A DNA stretch of 64,000 bases from positions 13,454,001 to 13,518,000 of the forward strand of contig JANJGN010000022.1 in assembly GCA_026770705.1 (NCBI GenBank), in the 5' to 3' direction. Source of the stretch: Isurus oxyrinchus (lineage: Eukaryota). Positions within the stretch are counted from its first letter, which is position 1. Every line of letters starts with the position of its first letter. Positions 23,136-36,798 of this stretch are shown one piece after another. The notes below the pieces were generated by a model. The model was not told where the DNA came from, made no database searches, and saw only the letters and a program-made list of their open reading frames with translations. Made by a program: the position numbers and the translations under genes.

Positions 23136-24817
23136 CAATTGAGAACAGCAAAGTTTTAAGCCAGGCAAATTTAAAAAGAGAATGAATGATCAACTAGCAA
23201 AGTGCTTTACAAGAAGAATTTGAATTTCTTTCAAAGGATGGGGAAGTCCATACCTATCAGAGGGAATTCAACATTCCTCTGTGCTCACTGAATTAGGAGC
23301 ATATCATAACAGCATTAAACTGACAACACTAGTCTCAGGAGCAACAGCTTCTGCCAGTTTGCAACCCAGCAGCTAACAAGACAGTAAATGGTGTAATGCA
23401 TTTTTTTTAGAAAGTTAAAAGTTCCTGGTGATTTTTTTTTGTGATTGGAGGCAATTCTTATTTATATGTGCACACTGAACACATAGTTACAGACAGGGGA
23501 GAGTTGGTAGGATGGTTCCCCCTTTTTCCACCTCTCAATTTACCAAAGACAGATGTGTCTTTAAAGAACAAAAGTGTTATAAGCCCCAAGTGCTGAGACT
23601 TCAAGAACAGACAAATGATTGATATTTTCCATAAGTTTTAAACACACACACACAACCATCCTTTGGAATTCTACTCTGAAGTCAAAACATCTGCAAGCCT
23701 ATTGTGAACAGTAATTTTTTGGTTAAGGGCAGCCATTAATCCACAGGTTGCATTTTAATGACTTCTCAAAAGTTCATTTACATTTTAATGTCTTGTCCAA
23801 ATATGCCAGCTAGTTCCATGGCCTTGTGTTGCTCCATGTATATTGATAGGAAAAGGTCACCTGACCTCTCAGCTTCCATTTTGTTTTAAAAATGAAGTAT
23901 TCATTCTCCATAAATCCATAGTCTATATTGCGTGAGCGTGACAACATGAAGCTCATTGTTTACCAGTTAAATGTTGCTGGAACTTTTAGAGATGAACCAA
24001 CTTGCCAGCCTTACTAAGCAATGCATTTGCCCTCGTCTAAATGCTTTTGAGTCTCTACCTCAGTGATAAGCCTAGCCTTCATATTGGTAGGTAAAGCTTT
24101 TTAATCAGTCTAAACATCCATCATTGGCATATGCTGGCTGTAACAAAAACTAAAATGTCGACCGGCACATCACAGTGTTTGTGTTATCAAACAAAACCTA
24201 ACACCAAGACATTGGGAGATGTTAGGACAGGTGACCAAAAGCTAAGTCAAGGAGTTAAATTTAAGGAGGGTCATAAGGGAAAGAGAGGTAAACAAGTAGG
24301 GAGGCCGCAAAGTTTAGTGAGGAAATTCCAGAGCTTAGGGATGGATACAACTGAAGGCATAGCCACCAAATAAAGGGGGGCAAAAGGAAGAGGGTGTCCA
24401 AGAGGTCACAGTATTTCACACCAAATGAAACCTGGAATCAGTGAGCTTAATAAACAAGAAGATTTCAAAATATCATGCCATGGCAATGGCAGTGACAGAA
24501 GTAAAAAGTGCAATACAGGGGCTAATTAGTAAATTATAGACTATATGGCAGTTTATATATATATATATATATATAAAAAAAAATGGATTCTTTAAGAAAC
24601 ATCACTGGCTAATAAGGACTGTTAACTGACAATAAAGAATGCTGTATAGATCTGTTGAAATAGTTATAAACCATGGTTAACTGAAGTTTTAGTTTCTAGA
24701 GAGCCAACTGCCTCTCACACTGTCTCACAACACATTCCCTAAGAGAATATTGACAGTTCCTAGATTATTCCCATATCTCTTCCCTTCACCCCAAGCCTCC
24801 GAGAAAATTCTGCTTAC

Positions 24818-24903
24818 CTCTGCATATTCTGTTTGCTCTAAGTCCTCTATTAAGGATTTGAGAGGAATCAGGTACAAAACGATATCACTTGCCTCTTCTA
24901 GGC
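24818..24903 (-). CDS. DNAH17: DNAH17-like exon, 86 nt, phase 1 to 0
   Basis: acgtAG acceptor and GAG|GTAAGC donor. (G)LEEASDIVLYLIPLKSLIEDLEQTEYAE. Confidence 0.9.
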
Positions 24904-25095
24904 CTACGTTTAATAGAAACAGCACACAATGGAAAAAGAATTTAAAGTTAATCAGTTACCAACTACTTTTATGTAACAAGACTCTCAAGTATAAGCAACA
25001 AATCACAAAAGAATTTTTCAATACATAAGTATGATGCATGTATTTATCAATCAGTGTAGAATTACAGAATGAAAATCTTGGTACACTGTTAGTAC

Positions 25096-25195
25096 CTGCT
25101 CTGATGTCATCGTGAAGGCTTTTCAGAGCTGGCCAGTAACTGCTTTTGGATTTTTCTAGAACTTCAGAAATTTTGCGCGCTTTAGGCGTCCACAA
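25096..25195 (-). CDS. DNAH17: DNAH17-like exon, 100 nt, phase 0 to 1
   Basis: tttcAG acceptor and CAG|GTACTA donor. LWTPKARKISEVLEKSKSSYWPALKSLHDDIRA(G), in frame with the flanking exons. Confidence 0.9.
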
Positions 25196-26229
25196 CTGAA
25201 ATACAGAAACATTTTTTAAATGATAAAGTCACATGCTTTACAATACTATTTCTCTTTGATATCAAGTATGCATCATGCAAGTATTTTTGCAGAGGTAAGA
25301 CAGAAAGTCTTTCATATATATATATATATTTTTTTATCCATAGATAAAAGTTATAAATACATCAGAATGTGACAATATAAGCTTGGAGAATCACTTACAG
25401 GTAATCCATTTCTTGCCCTGTTTTTGGTTTATTGCTGAACATTTTTTTTCAGAGAGAACCTCCCACAGTTTGAAATCTTTTTACCCTCACATTCTCTATT
25501 TTACAGCTCTACCTATAACTCCACCTCAAGGCATAAACACAAATCTCCATCTGAACAGCCAATACTGACACTCACTCACATCTATGTGCCTCACACCCAA
25601 CCCTCAGTCAGCTCAGTATGACAAATGTTGTCATTCCACTCTCCTCATACATTCCACATCTCGCAATCCGAACTCTCTGCTTTCTCTCTAAAGGAGAAGA
25701 AGCTTATGACTCCAGGAAGGTGTTGAGAACCATAGGTGATTCTGCAGCCATAGCCACTCCAACTGTTGCAGAGAATGCTGCGTTGGAGATCGGAGGGTGG
25801 GGGTCTTGCAAAGGCCTGGTGACATATTTTAATATACTGCTGCCATTTGGTCCATTTTGGTTACTCTTTTGTCTCCATCAGTGCAAAAACCTCAATGGAA
25901 CAGAAATGGAGCTAAGTAGAATGTCATATGGTAGGCAAATGTGAGCAGGAACAGCATTCGAGTCAGAGACAGCAGTGGAAGAGTTCCCATTGGAAAGTGC
26001 AGGACTCTCCAAGATATACTAGACTGGACACAAGTGCTGAGCCATGGGGGTCATCCACAAGGAGAGAATTTCTGGAGCAGCAGCAGGAAATATCTATGGT
26101 TCTGTCAGCACCTTCTCAGGTTAGACACACCCTTTGAGAGATACTTGAGGAGACCATCTCAAACATGATGGCATCCGTCTGTCTCAGGAGATGATGGACT
26201 GCACCCAGAGTGTATGTAACTTCTGGATT

Positions 26230-27020
26230 GAATATTGTCTCATGAGTTCTGCAGCTAGCACAGATGAATAGCTTGACGTAAGGTTCACTGGTGTTTTTTC
26301 CTTCCACCAGGCTCTCTTTTCCACTATGGGTTCATGGAATATGTTGCAAACTCCTGGGTCCTTTCTAGGTTAGTAGTACGGCAACTATTGATCCAAGGAC
26401 AACTTTTCATCTTAAAGTAATATAGCTTCCTTGGCTGAAGCCTGTCATTGACTACTCCCTGGTGTGTAGCAATGTCACGGTCAGCTCTGTGATAACTACA
26501 AGTGATAAGGGCACTGGTAAGGGTGGTACATCTGGTGATGATGAAGTCTAATTGGTGTCGGTGGCATGACCTTGAGCCATGACTTGGTTTGAAAGTAGCT
26601 GTTTGTCACGCAGTATTCATGGTAACAGCACAGTTCTAGCAGCCTCTGTCCATTTTCGTTCATCATGCTGATTCTCTGGAGCCTATGCACATGTTTAAGT
26701 CCTCTAGAAGTCCCTCAGTGCTGGGAATTCTGCTGATGGCAGTATCATGTGTCTCATAGAACTGATCTTTGACATCTGGGATGGAGGTGCGTGTCAGGGC
26801 ATAGATGCACAAGGTCAACTGGGCCCACATTTGTTATCAAGCAAAGAGTACGAAGGATCTCTGAGCCTTCTGTGTGGGGGTTCACTCATCACAAGTAGCA
26901 TGTTTTAATTGTGAAACCCACTCCATGTTCATGTTGCCTCTTGGGTTCTGCCCTGCCAGAATAACATGTAGTGTTTCTCTTTCTGGGAGCCACTGTGAGC
27001 AAGCCTAGTTTCTTGCATAG
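26230..27020 (-). mobile_element. RTE-clade LINE, endonuclease fragment
   Basis: MNENGQRLLELCCYHEYCVTNSYFQTK, with upstream YAxT and QETR-like AP-endonuclease motifs. Confidence 0.7.
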
Positions 27021-27029
27021 CAAGAATTA

Positions 27030-27405
27030 ATTTGAGTACAGGAGTAAAGATGTCTTGCTGCAATTGTATAGCACCTTGGTGAAATCACACCTGGAGTATT
27101 GCGTACAGTTTTGGTCTCTACCTAAGGAAGGATATACTTGCCCTAGAGGGAGTGCAACAAAGATTCACCAGACTGATCCTTGGGATGGCAGAATTGTCCA
27201 ATAAGGAGAAATTGAGGAGCCTGTATTCCCTTAAGTTCAGAAGAATGAGATGTGATCTCATTGAAACATACAAAATTCTTATAGGGCTCAACAGAGTAGA
27301 TGAAGGACTGGGAAAATGGCGTTGAGGTTGAAGATCAACAATGATCTAGCTGAATGGCACAGCAGGCCTGAAGGGCCAAACGGCCTACTAATGCTTCCTA
27401 TGTTC
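27030..27405 (+). mobile_element. CR1 LINE 3' fragment
   Basis: LQLYSTLVKSHLEYCVQFWS; tail ggcctactaatgcttcctatgttcc. Confidence 0.75.
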
Positions 27406-27449
27406 CAAGGTTCACACTGAGACTTGTAAGTTCTTTTTTGCAAGAAGCA

Positions 27450-29000
27450 GTGGGGCCATTAACAGTCAGAGAACAACAGGAGCAGCATGGCCTTTAATAG
27501 TGAGAGAGTGCAAGAAGAGAGTGAGAGACCATTAAAGAGTGCGGAGAGCAGCTGATTGGTGAGTATTTCTAGTCCTTAAAGTAAAAGTAAGGTTTTTAGT
27601 TTGTGTTTGGATCTCTAGATTTTTTTTTCTTTCTTTCTTTTTTCTTAAAAATGGCGAGTTAAATATAAGATCGATACTGATGTGTAAAAACAGAACTTAC
27701 AGTAAAGTGTAGAGGGGGGGAATTCTTCAAGTGTAAAGAGCAGGGATACTTTTATAGTTAATTAAGTAATTAAATAAAATACGATAGCGATAGCAGGACG
27801 GGTGATGTGTTGCTGCTGCTGCATGTGGGTATTGCTAGACACCATGATCCAGAGTAAACACAAATGTAGTAATTGTTTGCAGCTTGAGAAACTTTGGATC
27901 CGAGGTGAGGTGTTGGATTCCAAGATGCAGACAATGTGCCACATCAGGGAGGGGGAAAGTTACATTGGCACTTTGCTCCAGGAGGTGGTCATACCCCTCA
28001 GATTAGGTCATTCAAATTTGGTCTGTGATCAGGGACAGGAGGGTGTGACTGCAGATGAAGCAGGCATGGGGACCCAGTGGGTAGCATTCGAGGACCCTCA
28101 GTCCCTGCAACTGTCCAACAGCTACAAGGTTCCTGCAAGCTATGTGGACAAGAGCGGGGACTGCAGGGAGGATGAGTGGACTGACTGTGCACTGTGGCAC
28201 AGGAAGCCATTCAAGTGGGGAGAGGAAATAGGAACGTAGTAGGAGTAAGGGATAGTATAATTAAGGGGATAGATACTGTTCTCTGCAGCCATGAGCGTGA
28301 GTCTCGAAGGCTGTGTTGCCTGCCCGGTGTCAGAGTTAAGGACATCTCCTCAGGGCTGGAGAGGAACTTAGAGGAGGAAGGGAGGGATCTAGCTGTCGTC
28401 GTCCATGTTGGTACCAATGATGTTGATAAGACCAAAAAGGAGGTTCTGCTGAAAGAATTTGAACGGTTAGGAGCTAAACTAAAAAGCAGAATCTCCAAGG
28501 TAATAACCTCGGGACTACTTCCTGAGCCATGGGCAAACTAGCATAGGGTAAATAAAGTCAAGGAGGTAAATGTGTGGCTCAAAGATTGGTGTGGGAGGAA
28601 TGGGTTTCAGTTCCTGGGGCACTGGCACCAGTACTGGAGTAGAAGAGAGCTGTTCCGGTGGGGCGGGCTTCACTTGAACCATGCTGGGACCAGTGTCCTG
28701 GTGAATTGAATAACTAGCGCTTTAGAGAGGGCTTTAAACTAAATGGAGGGGCGGGTGGTGTGGAGGGTTCGGGATAGGGGATACGTAGGCTAACAAAGCA
28801 AAAGGATATGGCAGCATTGCACAGCAGCTATTTAGGTATTGATAACCAGAATGTGACAGAAAGGGACAGAGTGCAAACATAAAAAAAGCAGCAAATAGGG
28901 TCAAAGGGGGAAAAAAATGGTAAAAAGACAAAATTAATGATTCTTTACTCAAATGCATGTAGTATTCGGAACAAAATAAATTAATTACCAACACAGATAG
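27450..29000 (+). mobile_element. CR1 LINE 5' part: 5'UTR and ORF1 (zinc finger/leucine zipper plus SGNH esterase), start of ORF2
   Basis: CCCCMW..HKCSNCLQL zinc finger; GVRDSIIKG..CLPGVRVKD..VVVHVGTND (GDSL/SGNH-type); DGLHLN-like motif near 28665. Confidence 0.85.
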
Positions 29001-29019
29001 ATCTTATATCCACATGTGT

Positions 29020-29670
29020 GCGCGCACACACAGTCCAAATTTTTTAAAAAATAGGTTGTTTGTCCTTTGTCCTTGAGGCACAGATTTTTAAACACTGCAG
29101 TCAATTTAGGCTAGCTGGTTTCTTGGGTCAGTCAGATGTAGTAGGTGTTGCAATTATTAAGTAATAATAATAATAAATAATAATTCTCGGTTCGCTGGTA
29201 GATTTCTGGTTGAGTTGGCTTCTAGAACAGGGCAGCACTCTTATTCCAAAAGATAAGAGTGGAGAGAGAGCAGCTTTCAGCCTGTTTCCTTTGCTGAAAA
29301 CTTTCTTGACACCACCTGTGTCACTTTTAATCTCTCTTTAGTGGCTGGGCAGCCTTGCCTTGAAATACTTCACCCATTGTGTATTTCCAAGAGGTCTGTC
29401 TATACCAGCCATTGTTTCAATATCCAGTCCTTTGCATTTTTAATATCTCTTGTTTAGAGTTATGAGTTTCAATGGGTATCTGGATTATCAGAAATGTCTC
29501 CCTCTTCACACTCCCCTGAGGGTGATTTGTTTGGTCCTCACCTTCACCTTGGAATGTGGCCTTGCATTTTTAAGCAGTTTGCTCTGTCTCAGATAAAATT
29601 GCAAAATTTCCAGTCAGTTGAAAGTTGAAAACTCATATTTTCAAAAATAAAGGACCATAGCCTCGTGACG
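29020..29670 (-). mobile_element. LTR fragment
   Basis: Terminus aaaataaaggaccatagcctcgtgac resembles a reversed TGTCACGAG LTR start; composition differs from the flanking CR1s. Confidence 0.4.
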
Positions 29671-32600
29671 ATCCCCAATCCAAATCATTGATATAGATTG
29701 TGAATAGTTGGGCCCAAAGCACTGATCCTTGCGGTACCCCACTAGTCAGAGCCTGCCGACCTGAGAATGACCCTTTCATTCCTACTCACTGTTTTCTGTC
29801 TGTTAACCAAGTCTCAATCCATGTCAATAAATTACCCCCTATCCCCTGTGCTCTAAATTTGCTTATTAACCTCGTGTGAGACCTTATCGAAAGCCTTCTG
29901 AAAATCCAAATACACCACATCCGCTGGCTCCCCTTTATCTATTCTACATCCTCAAAAAGCTCCAACAGGTTTGTCCAATATGATTTCCCTTTCATACATC
30001 CATGCTGACTCTACCCAATATCACCATTATTTTCTAAGTGTCTAGTTATCACATCCTTCAGAATAGATTCTAGCATTTTCCCTACTACTAATGTCAGGCT
30101 AAATAGTCTTCCAGGGGTAGGCAGGATATGGAGTTGAGGCCACAATCAGATCAGCCATGATCTTACTGAATGGCAGAGCAAGCTCGAGGAGGCGAATGGC
30201 CTACTCCTGCTTCTAATTCAAATGTTCATACATAGTTCCCCATTTTCTCTCTTGCCCTCCTTTCTTACATTTGTCACCTTCCAATCTGCAGGAATCTATA
30301 GTATTTTTGAAGATGATCACCAATTCATCCACCATCTCTACAGCCATCTCTTTGAACACTCTGGGATGTAGATCATCAGGTCCAAGGGTTTTCTCAACTT
30401 TCAGTCCTATTAATTTCTCCAGTACTACTTTTTTTACTGATATTAATCTCTTTCAGTTCCTCATACTCACTAGTCCCTTGGTTCTCTAGTATTTTTGGGA
30501 CGATTGCCATATCTTCCTCCGTGAAGACAGACACAAAGTATTTGTTTAGTTTCTCTGCCATATCCTTATTCCCTATTATAAATTCTCCTGTCTCTGCCTG
30601 TCATGAACACAGTCAGTTTTTATGTGTCTCACCAGTTTACTCTCATATTCTATCTTCTCTTTCTTTATCAGTTTACAAACATATGAATTAAGAGTAGGCC
30701 ATTCAGCCCCTCAAGCCTGCTCCGCCATTCAATAAGATCATGGCTGATCTGATTGTGGTCTCAACATTCCACATTTCCCCTCTAACATTTGACTCCATTG
30801 TTAGTTAAGAATCTATCTACCTCTGCCTTAAAAATACTCATTGACCTTGTCTCCACTGCCTTTTGAGAAAGAGAGTTCCAAAGATTCATGACCCTCTGAG
30901 AGAAAAAGAAATCTTCTCATCTCCATCTTAAATAGGACATCCCTTATTTTTAAAACCCCCTATTTCTAGTCTCCCACAATGTGAAGCATCCTTTCAGCAT
31001 CCACCCTGTCAAGCCCCCTCAGGATCATATATGTTTCAATGAGATCATCTCTCATTCTTCTGAACTCCAATGGATAAATGCCCAGCCTGTTCAACCTCTC
31101 CTTGTAAGATAACCACCCGCCCCATTCCAGGTATCAATTGAGTGAACTTTCTCTGAACTGCCTCTAATGCGTTTATATCCTTTCTTAAATAAGGAAACCA
31201 AAACAGTACATAGTACTCTAGATGTGCAACTGTAGCAAAACATTCCTACGTTTATATACATTCCCTTTGCAATGAACGACAACATTCCATTTGCCCTCCT
31301 AATCACTTGCTGTACCTGCGTACTGATTTTTCCTGATTCATGTGCCAGGACACCCAGATCCTTCTCTACATCAGAGTTCTGCAACCTCTCTCCATTTAAA
31401 TAATATGCTGCTTTTCTATTCTTCCTGCCAAGGTGGACAAGTTCACACTTTCCTAATTATACTCCATCTGCCAAATGTTTACCCACTCACTTAACCTTAT
31501 ATGTCCCTTTACAGACTCCTTATGCCCACCTCACAACTTACTTTTCTACCTATCATTGTGTCATCAGCTAATATAGCAACCATACATTCGGCCTCTTCAT
31601 CTAAGTCATTGTAAGTTCTACTAGCTGTCATGGTGGCTTTTGAACCCACTTGTCCAGAGGATTAGCCGAGGTCTCTGGATCACTAGATCAGTGACATTAC
31701 AACTATGCTAACATCTCCCCCAGTTTCTTGGTCCTCCTTTGCTGAATTCTAAAATGTTTCCAATTCTCAGGCTTACTACATTTTTGGCCACTTTATAAGC
31801 CTCTTCTTTTTATCTAATGCATTCTTTAATTTCTCTTGTTGGCCATGGTTGCGTCACTTTTCCTGTTGGGTTTGTGTTCTGTAAAGGAATGTATATTTGT
31901 TGTAAATCATATATTAATTCCTTAAATGCTAGCCATTGCCTGTCTAGCATCATACCTTTTAAGGCAGTTTCCCAATCTACCACCGCCAGCTTGCCTCTCA
32001 TACCGTCGTAATTTCCTTTGAGACCCTAGCTTCAGATTGAACTACATCTCTTTCAAACTTAATGCAAAATTCTTTTATACTGTGGCCACTCTTTCCTAAA
32101 GGCTCCTTTACGAGATTATTAATCAGCCCTTCTCATTACACAATACTAGATCTAAAATGGCCTGTTCTCTAGTTGGTTCCTCAACATACTGTTCTAGGAA
32201 ACCACTTCATGTACATTCCAAGAATTCGACCTCCACAGCAGTGCAAGTTAGGTTTGCGCAGTCTATATGTAGATTAAAGTCCCCCATGGTCAATTCTTGT
32301 TACATGCAACTTTAATTTGCTGCTTTATACCATGCCCTATAGTACCACTGCTGTTGCGTGGCCTATAAACAACAATTACCAACATTTGCCACTGCTTGCT
32401 AGTTCTTAGCTCCACCCAAACTGATTCTACATCTTGATCAACCGACCCAAGATCCTCTCTCACTAATGTACTGATCACAGCCTTTATTAAAAGCACTAGC
32501 CCACCTCCTTTTCCTTTTTGCCTATCCTTCTTAAATTTCAAATACCCTTGAACATTCAGTTCTCAGCCTTGGTCACCCTGCATGCACATCTCTGTAATGG

Positions 32601-33430
32601 CTATAAGATCATACTGCTACTTGTGCCATCAATTCATCTATCTTGTTTCTAATGCTAAATGTATTCAGGTAGAGAGCCTTCAATGCTGACTTTTAACATT
32701 TTTCTGTACTTGGATCCTATTTGATGTTGGCCTTTGTTTCTGTTTGTTTCTGCTGTCTTTCAATTTTTCGTACTAATTTTCTTCCTAGTATTACCAGCTT
32801 TGTTTCTCTACAATCTTAATTCCCTCAGGTTCCCATCCTCTTGCCAAGCTAGTTTAAACTCTCCCCAGCAGCACTAGCAAATCTCCCTGCGAGGATATTG
32901 GTCCCTGTCCTCCTTCTACAGGTCCCACCTGCCCCAGAATTGGTCCTAATGCCTCAGAAAACTAAAGCCCTCTCTCCTGCAACATTTTTCCAGCCATGCA
33001 TTCATTTGCTATATCCTCCTATTTCTGTACTCACTAGCACCTGGCACTGGGAGTAAACCTGAGAGTATTACCTTTGAAGTCTTGCTTTTAATCTCTTTCT
33101 TAGTTCCCTAAAATCTGCTTTCAGCACCTCATCCCTTTCTCTACCTATGTTGTTTGTACCGATGTTGACCACGACACCTGGCTGTTCATCTTCCCAATGA
33201 GAATCTCAGCTGCTCCATCACATTCTTGATCCTGGCACCAGGGCGGCAACATACCATTCTGGAGTCATGCCTATGGCCGCAGAAATGCCTGACTGTTCCC
33301 TTAGCTATTGAATCCCCATACCACTATTGCTCTTCTGCTCTTCTTCCTCCCCTCCTGTGCAGCTGACCCACCTATGGTGCCACAGGCTTCACTCAGTCTG
33401 CACTCCTCTGAGGAACCATCGCCTTCGTTG
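29670..33430 (-). mobile_element. CR1 LINE (ORF1 esterase, endonuclease, RT), decayed, with nested CR1 3' pieces and a SINE head
   Basis: KKDRQKGKGGGLVLLIK..ESVWVELR..VVYRP (32290-32541); esterase remnants at 32850-33350; RT remnants (DFQKAFDK) at ~29890. Confidence 0.8.
30675..31617 (-). mobile_element. Nested CR1 LINE 3' fragment
   Basis: EKDLGVLAHESGKISTQVQQVIRRANGMLSFIAKG, with a CR1 tail at the left end. Confidence 0.75.
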
Positions 33431-34549
33431 AACCATTGTTGGTACCATCAACATAGAGGGAGCAGGCATCGAGGTCCTACTGTAAGTTTTTCAGGAACTA
33501 GAGAGGAAGTTTAAAAAGTAGGACTTAAAATGTAGTAATCTCTGATTACTCCTAGTGCCACGTGCTAGAGTCAATGTGTGGCTTGAAGCATGGTGCAAGA
33601 GGGAGGGCTTCAGGTTCTTGGGGCATCGGGACCAGTGCTAGGGCAAAAAGGCACCTATTCAAAACAGCTAGGTTGCACTTCAATAGGACAAGGACCTTGC
33701 AGGAAGGTTCACTAGTTTGGTTGGAGAGGGTTTAAATTAAATTTGCAGTGGGATGGACACCAGAATAAATAGAAACAGGAAAGAGGAATAAGATGCATAA
33801 CATTTGAATACTAGGCAGTCCTAAAGAAGGGAATAGTTCCATATTAAATAAGGGCAGACTAAGTTGAAATAGTAAGTTATTAGGTACGTTCATGCAACAA
33901 GCAATTATGATCTGGATTGCACTGCCTGGGAGTGTAGTAGAGGTAGGTTCAATTGAAGCATTGAAGAGGAGATTGGATTATTATCTGCAAAGGAAGAATG
34001 TGTGAGGAGAAGGTGGCGAAGTGGCACTGGATGAATTGCTCATTCGGAGAACCAGTGCAGACACGATGGGCCAAATGGCCTCCTCTTGTGCCATAGCAAT
34101 TCTGTGATTCTATTCCCTTCAGTTACTCCATGTGGTAACAAAATTTCACATTCTTTAGGAAAAGAAGTTTTGCCTGAATTCCCTACTGATTACTAACTTA
34201 TATTAAATCCCCCAATTTTTGACCCACCCTAACAAGTGAAAATATCTTCTCAACGTCTACATACAATAATATCTTTTTTAGGTCTGAAGTGAGTGACCTT
34301 GTATTTCTCAGTGTTGAAGTCTATCTGGCAAATTTTTGCTCATTTACTTCATCTAACAATGTCCCTTTAACAACCTTCTGGTCCCATCTACACTACTCAT
34401 TCATTGTTTCATCTTAGAGTCATCAGTAAACTTAGATATATGGCTCCCAATTCCTTCATTTAGGTCATTTATAAATATATATTTTAAAACTGAGATCCCA
34501 GCACAGATCCCTGGGGACACCAACAGAGAAGAAAGAATGTCAGTGACTT

Positions 34550-35700
34550 CGTAGCTCTAGTTTCTGATATATATGGCATAACTGAATAGCTGGAGTTATG
34601 TGGAGACAGCATGTGAAGTTGGCAGCATTGGTAGGTGTGTGAGGGTGAGATGGAATTTCTAGATGTTAGGCCTGAGCCATGAGTGCTAGGAAGTGCTGCT
34701 GGGTGAGTGATGGATTGAGCAGCATGAGAGGTTGGTAGTGTAAAGAATTGGAGATGTCATATGAAGATTCATGATCACCTATGAAGGTGATTACATTTCT
34801 TACGGGACTACTGCCTCTGTTCGAGGCTCTGGGAGTTGACCTCCCTGGCCACCTGCTCCCACTTCCTTCTCAGGGTCATTCTTGTGGGTCTGATAGCACC
34901 CTATGGATTCATCGCATCGCTCCTCCTGCCCACCTCCACGACTATTGCCTCCAGCCCCACATCCATCATCCTGGAAGCCACACTAGCCCAGATGTTCCAT
35001 TTTCTATTTTTTAAATTCCCTTTAAGAAGGACAGCCTGCTTTTAAGAAGAGCAGGCTGGATGCACCACATGATCTCAGAATAATGCTGCTCAGATCCCTG
35101 TTGAGCACAGAGGAAGCTGGCAATGGTGCAGAGAAAGCCAGCCGCGCTGGAGCTCTCTAACCGAACACTACCACCGGGTAAATGAGGTGGGAACTCTAAG
35201 TTTGTAGCAGTCCGCCTCCAATGGAATTAACACAATCAGGTTGTGAGATTGTGATGTCCACATGCAAAACAATGATGCAAACAAATTTTTAGCCACATGT
35301 GTTTGACAACAGGAAGAGTTCCAATCCTTCAATGTTCAGCTGGACTGTGACCACGGCAATGAATAATGCAGATCTGTGCCCAGTTTCCCAGCAATAATCC
35401 TACTGTGCCGATCCTCAAATACTCCCACTACCCCATCATTGAATCATAAGAGGGGCTCTAATCTGGAGTAGCCCCTTTGCACCTGATTCATGACTCATGC
35501 CAGGAACGCTATCACAAATGCAGAGGTCCAATACAATGAGAGAGGCATGCTAAAACCAAAGCTCTTATTGAGCAAACCATAGGTGTCTCCAGCCAATCCA
35601 TTAAGTCCTGAATGGTTCCAATCTGGTGCAATCCTGCAGTATAACCACGAGCGAGTCTCCAGATTGGTGGTCATTTGCTGTATGGTACACAATTATGTCA
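34550..35700. mobile_element. Decayed Harbinger element: Myb/SANT gene (minus, ~34775-34990) and divergent transposase (plus, ~35240-35698)
   Basis: Minus: LEAIVVEVGRRSD..KWEQVAREVNS..RKKCNHL. Plus: NRK..NVQLDCDH, EVQYNE..IEQTIG and SGAILQYNHERVSRLVVICCMVHN. Confidence 0.7.
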
Positions 35701-36798
35701 ACACTGTGGGTGTACCTACACCATATGGGCTGCAGCGGTTCAAGAAGGCAGCTCACCACCACCTTCTCAAGGGCAATTAGGGGTGGGCAATAAATGCTAC
35801 CTAGCCAGTGGTGCCCACAGCCTGTGAAAGAATATGTAAAAAAAAATTCAGAGGTACCAAGCCTTGCTGCTACAGAAGGAAGGTATGCAAGAAGATGAAG
35901 AAGGGGGTGAATAAAAGGACAACAAAGAAGACCAGGTCAAACACTGCTGCCAACCGCATGAACAAAGGCAACAAATTATTGAGGAATGAATCTCAAAAGC
36001 AAATCCTCTGCCCAGCACACCAATAATTCTGCCATTTGGCCCATTCCTTCAACATATCTTCTGAATGTTTTATATCCTTCAATCCCATGATTTTCTTCTT
36101 GCATAATTATGAACATGAAAATCATCATCAATACGAAACAAGATTAACCTCTTTATTTGGTCAGCTCATTCAATCTTTTGTGGCTCAATGCACCTGCTAT
36201 TAATAACCTCTGTACACTGCCACAAAGCAGCTTGGTGAAATTTTTTCCTGTCTTTAAATATTGTCAGGAACACTGGATATTCAAGCTCTGGATATGGCAA
36301 GGTATCAATCAATAGTGGGACTAGTACTGCCAGCCTGCTTGTTTAATGATCATAAAGCCTAGAAGATACAACGGACACAATATTTTATCTCACAAATTAC
36401 ATACTATTAATTGCTCACTACATTTGGTAAGCCATACATAATCCTGTAATGCATGAGTGCACTGATAGAGCATACCATCACTTAATTGGTCTATATCCTT
36501 CCTCTTACACAACTACAAACATGAAAATCAACATTAATGAAAAATAAATATAGCCTCTTGGTCAGACCATTGAACTTCTGTATCAAATTGATGTTAATTT
36601 TCATACTTGTAGGCAAGCTGGGCAGATTTGATCCTATTAATATTTTATAATAGCATCTCAATTATATACATAATTCTAAAGTAACCAATGTTGCTACAGT
36701 TTAAAGCGCACTGTAAAATTTGTAAGACATGAATTTTCCAATCAACTTACTGTTTTATCATTTTTTGCTGTCTTACAATGCATAATTTTTATGAGTAC

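Noticed and set aside
23575-23943. TG...CA-bounded LTR-like segment
   Set aside because: No matching TSD, and too short and decayed to support a call.
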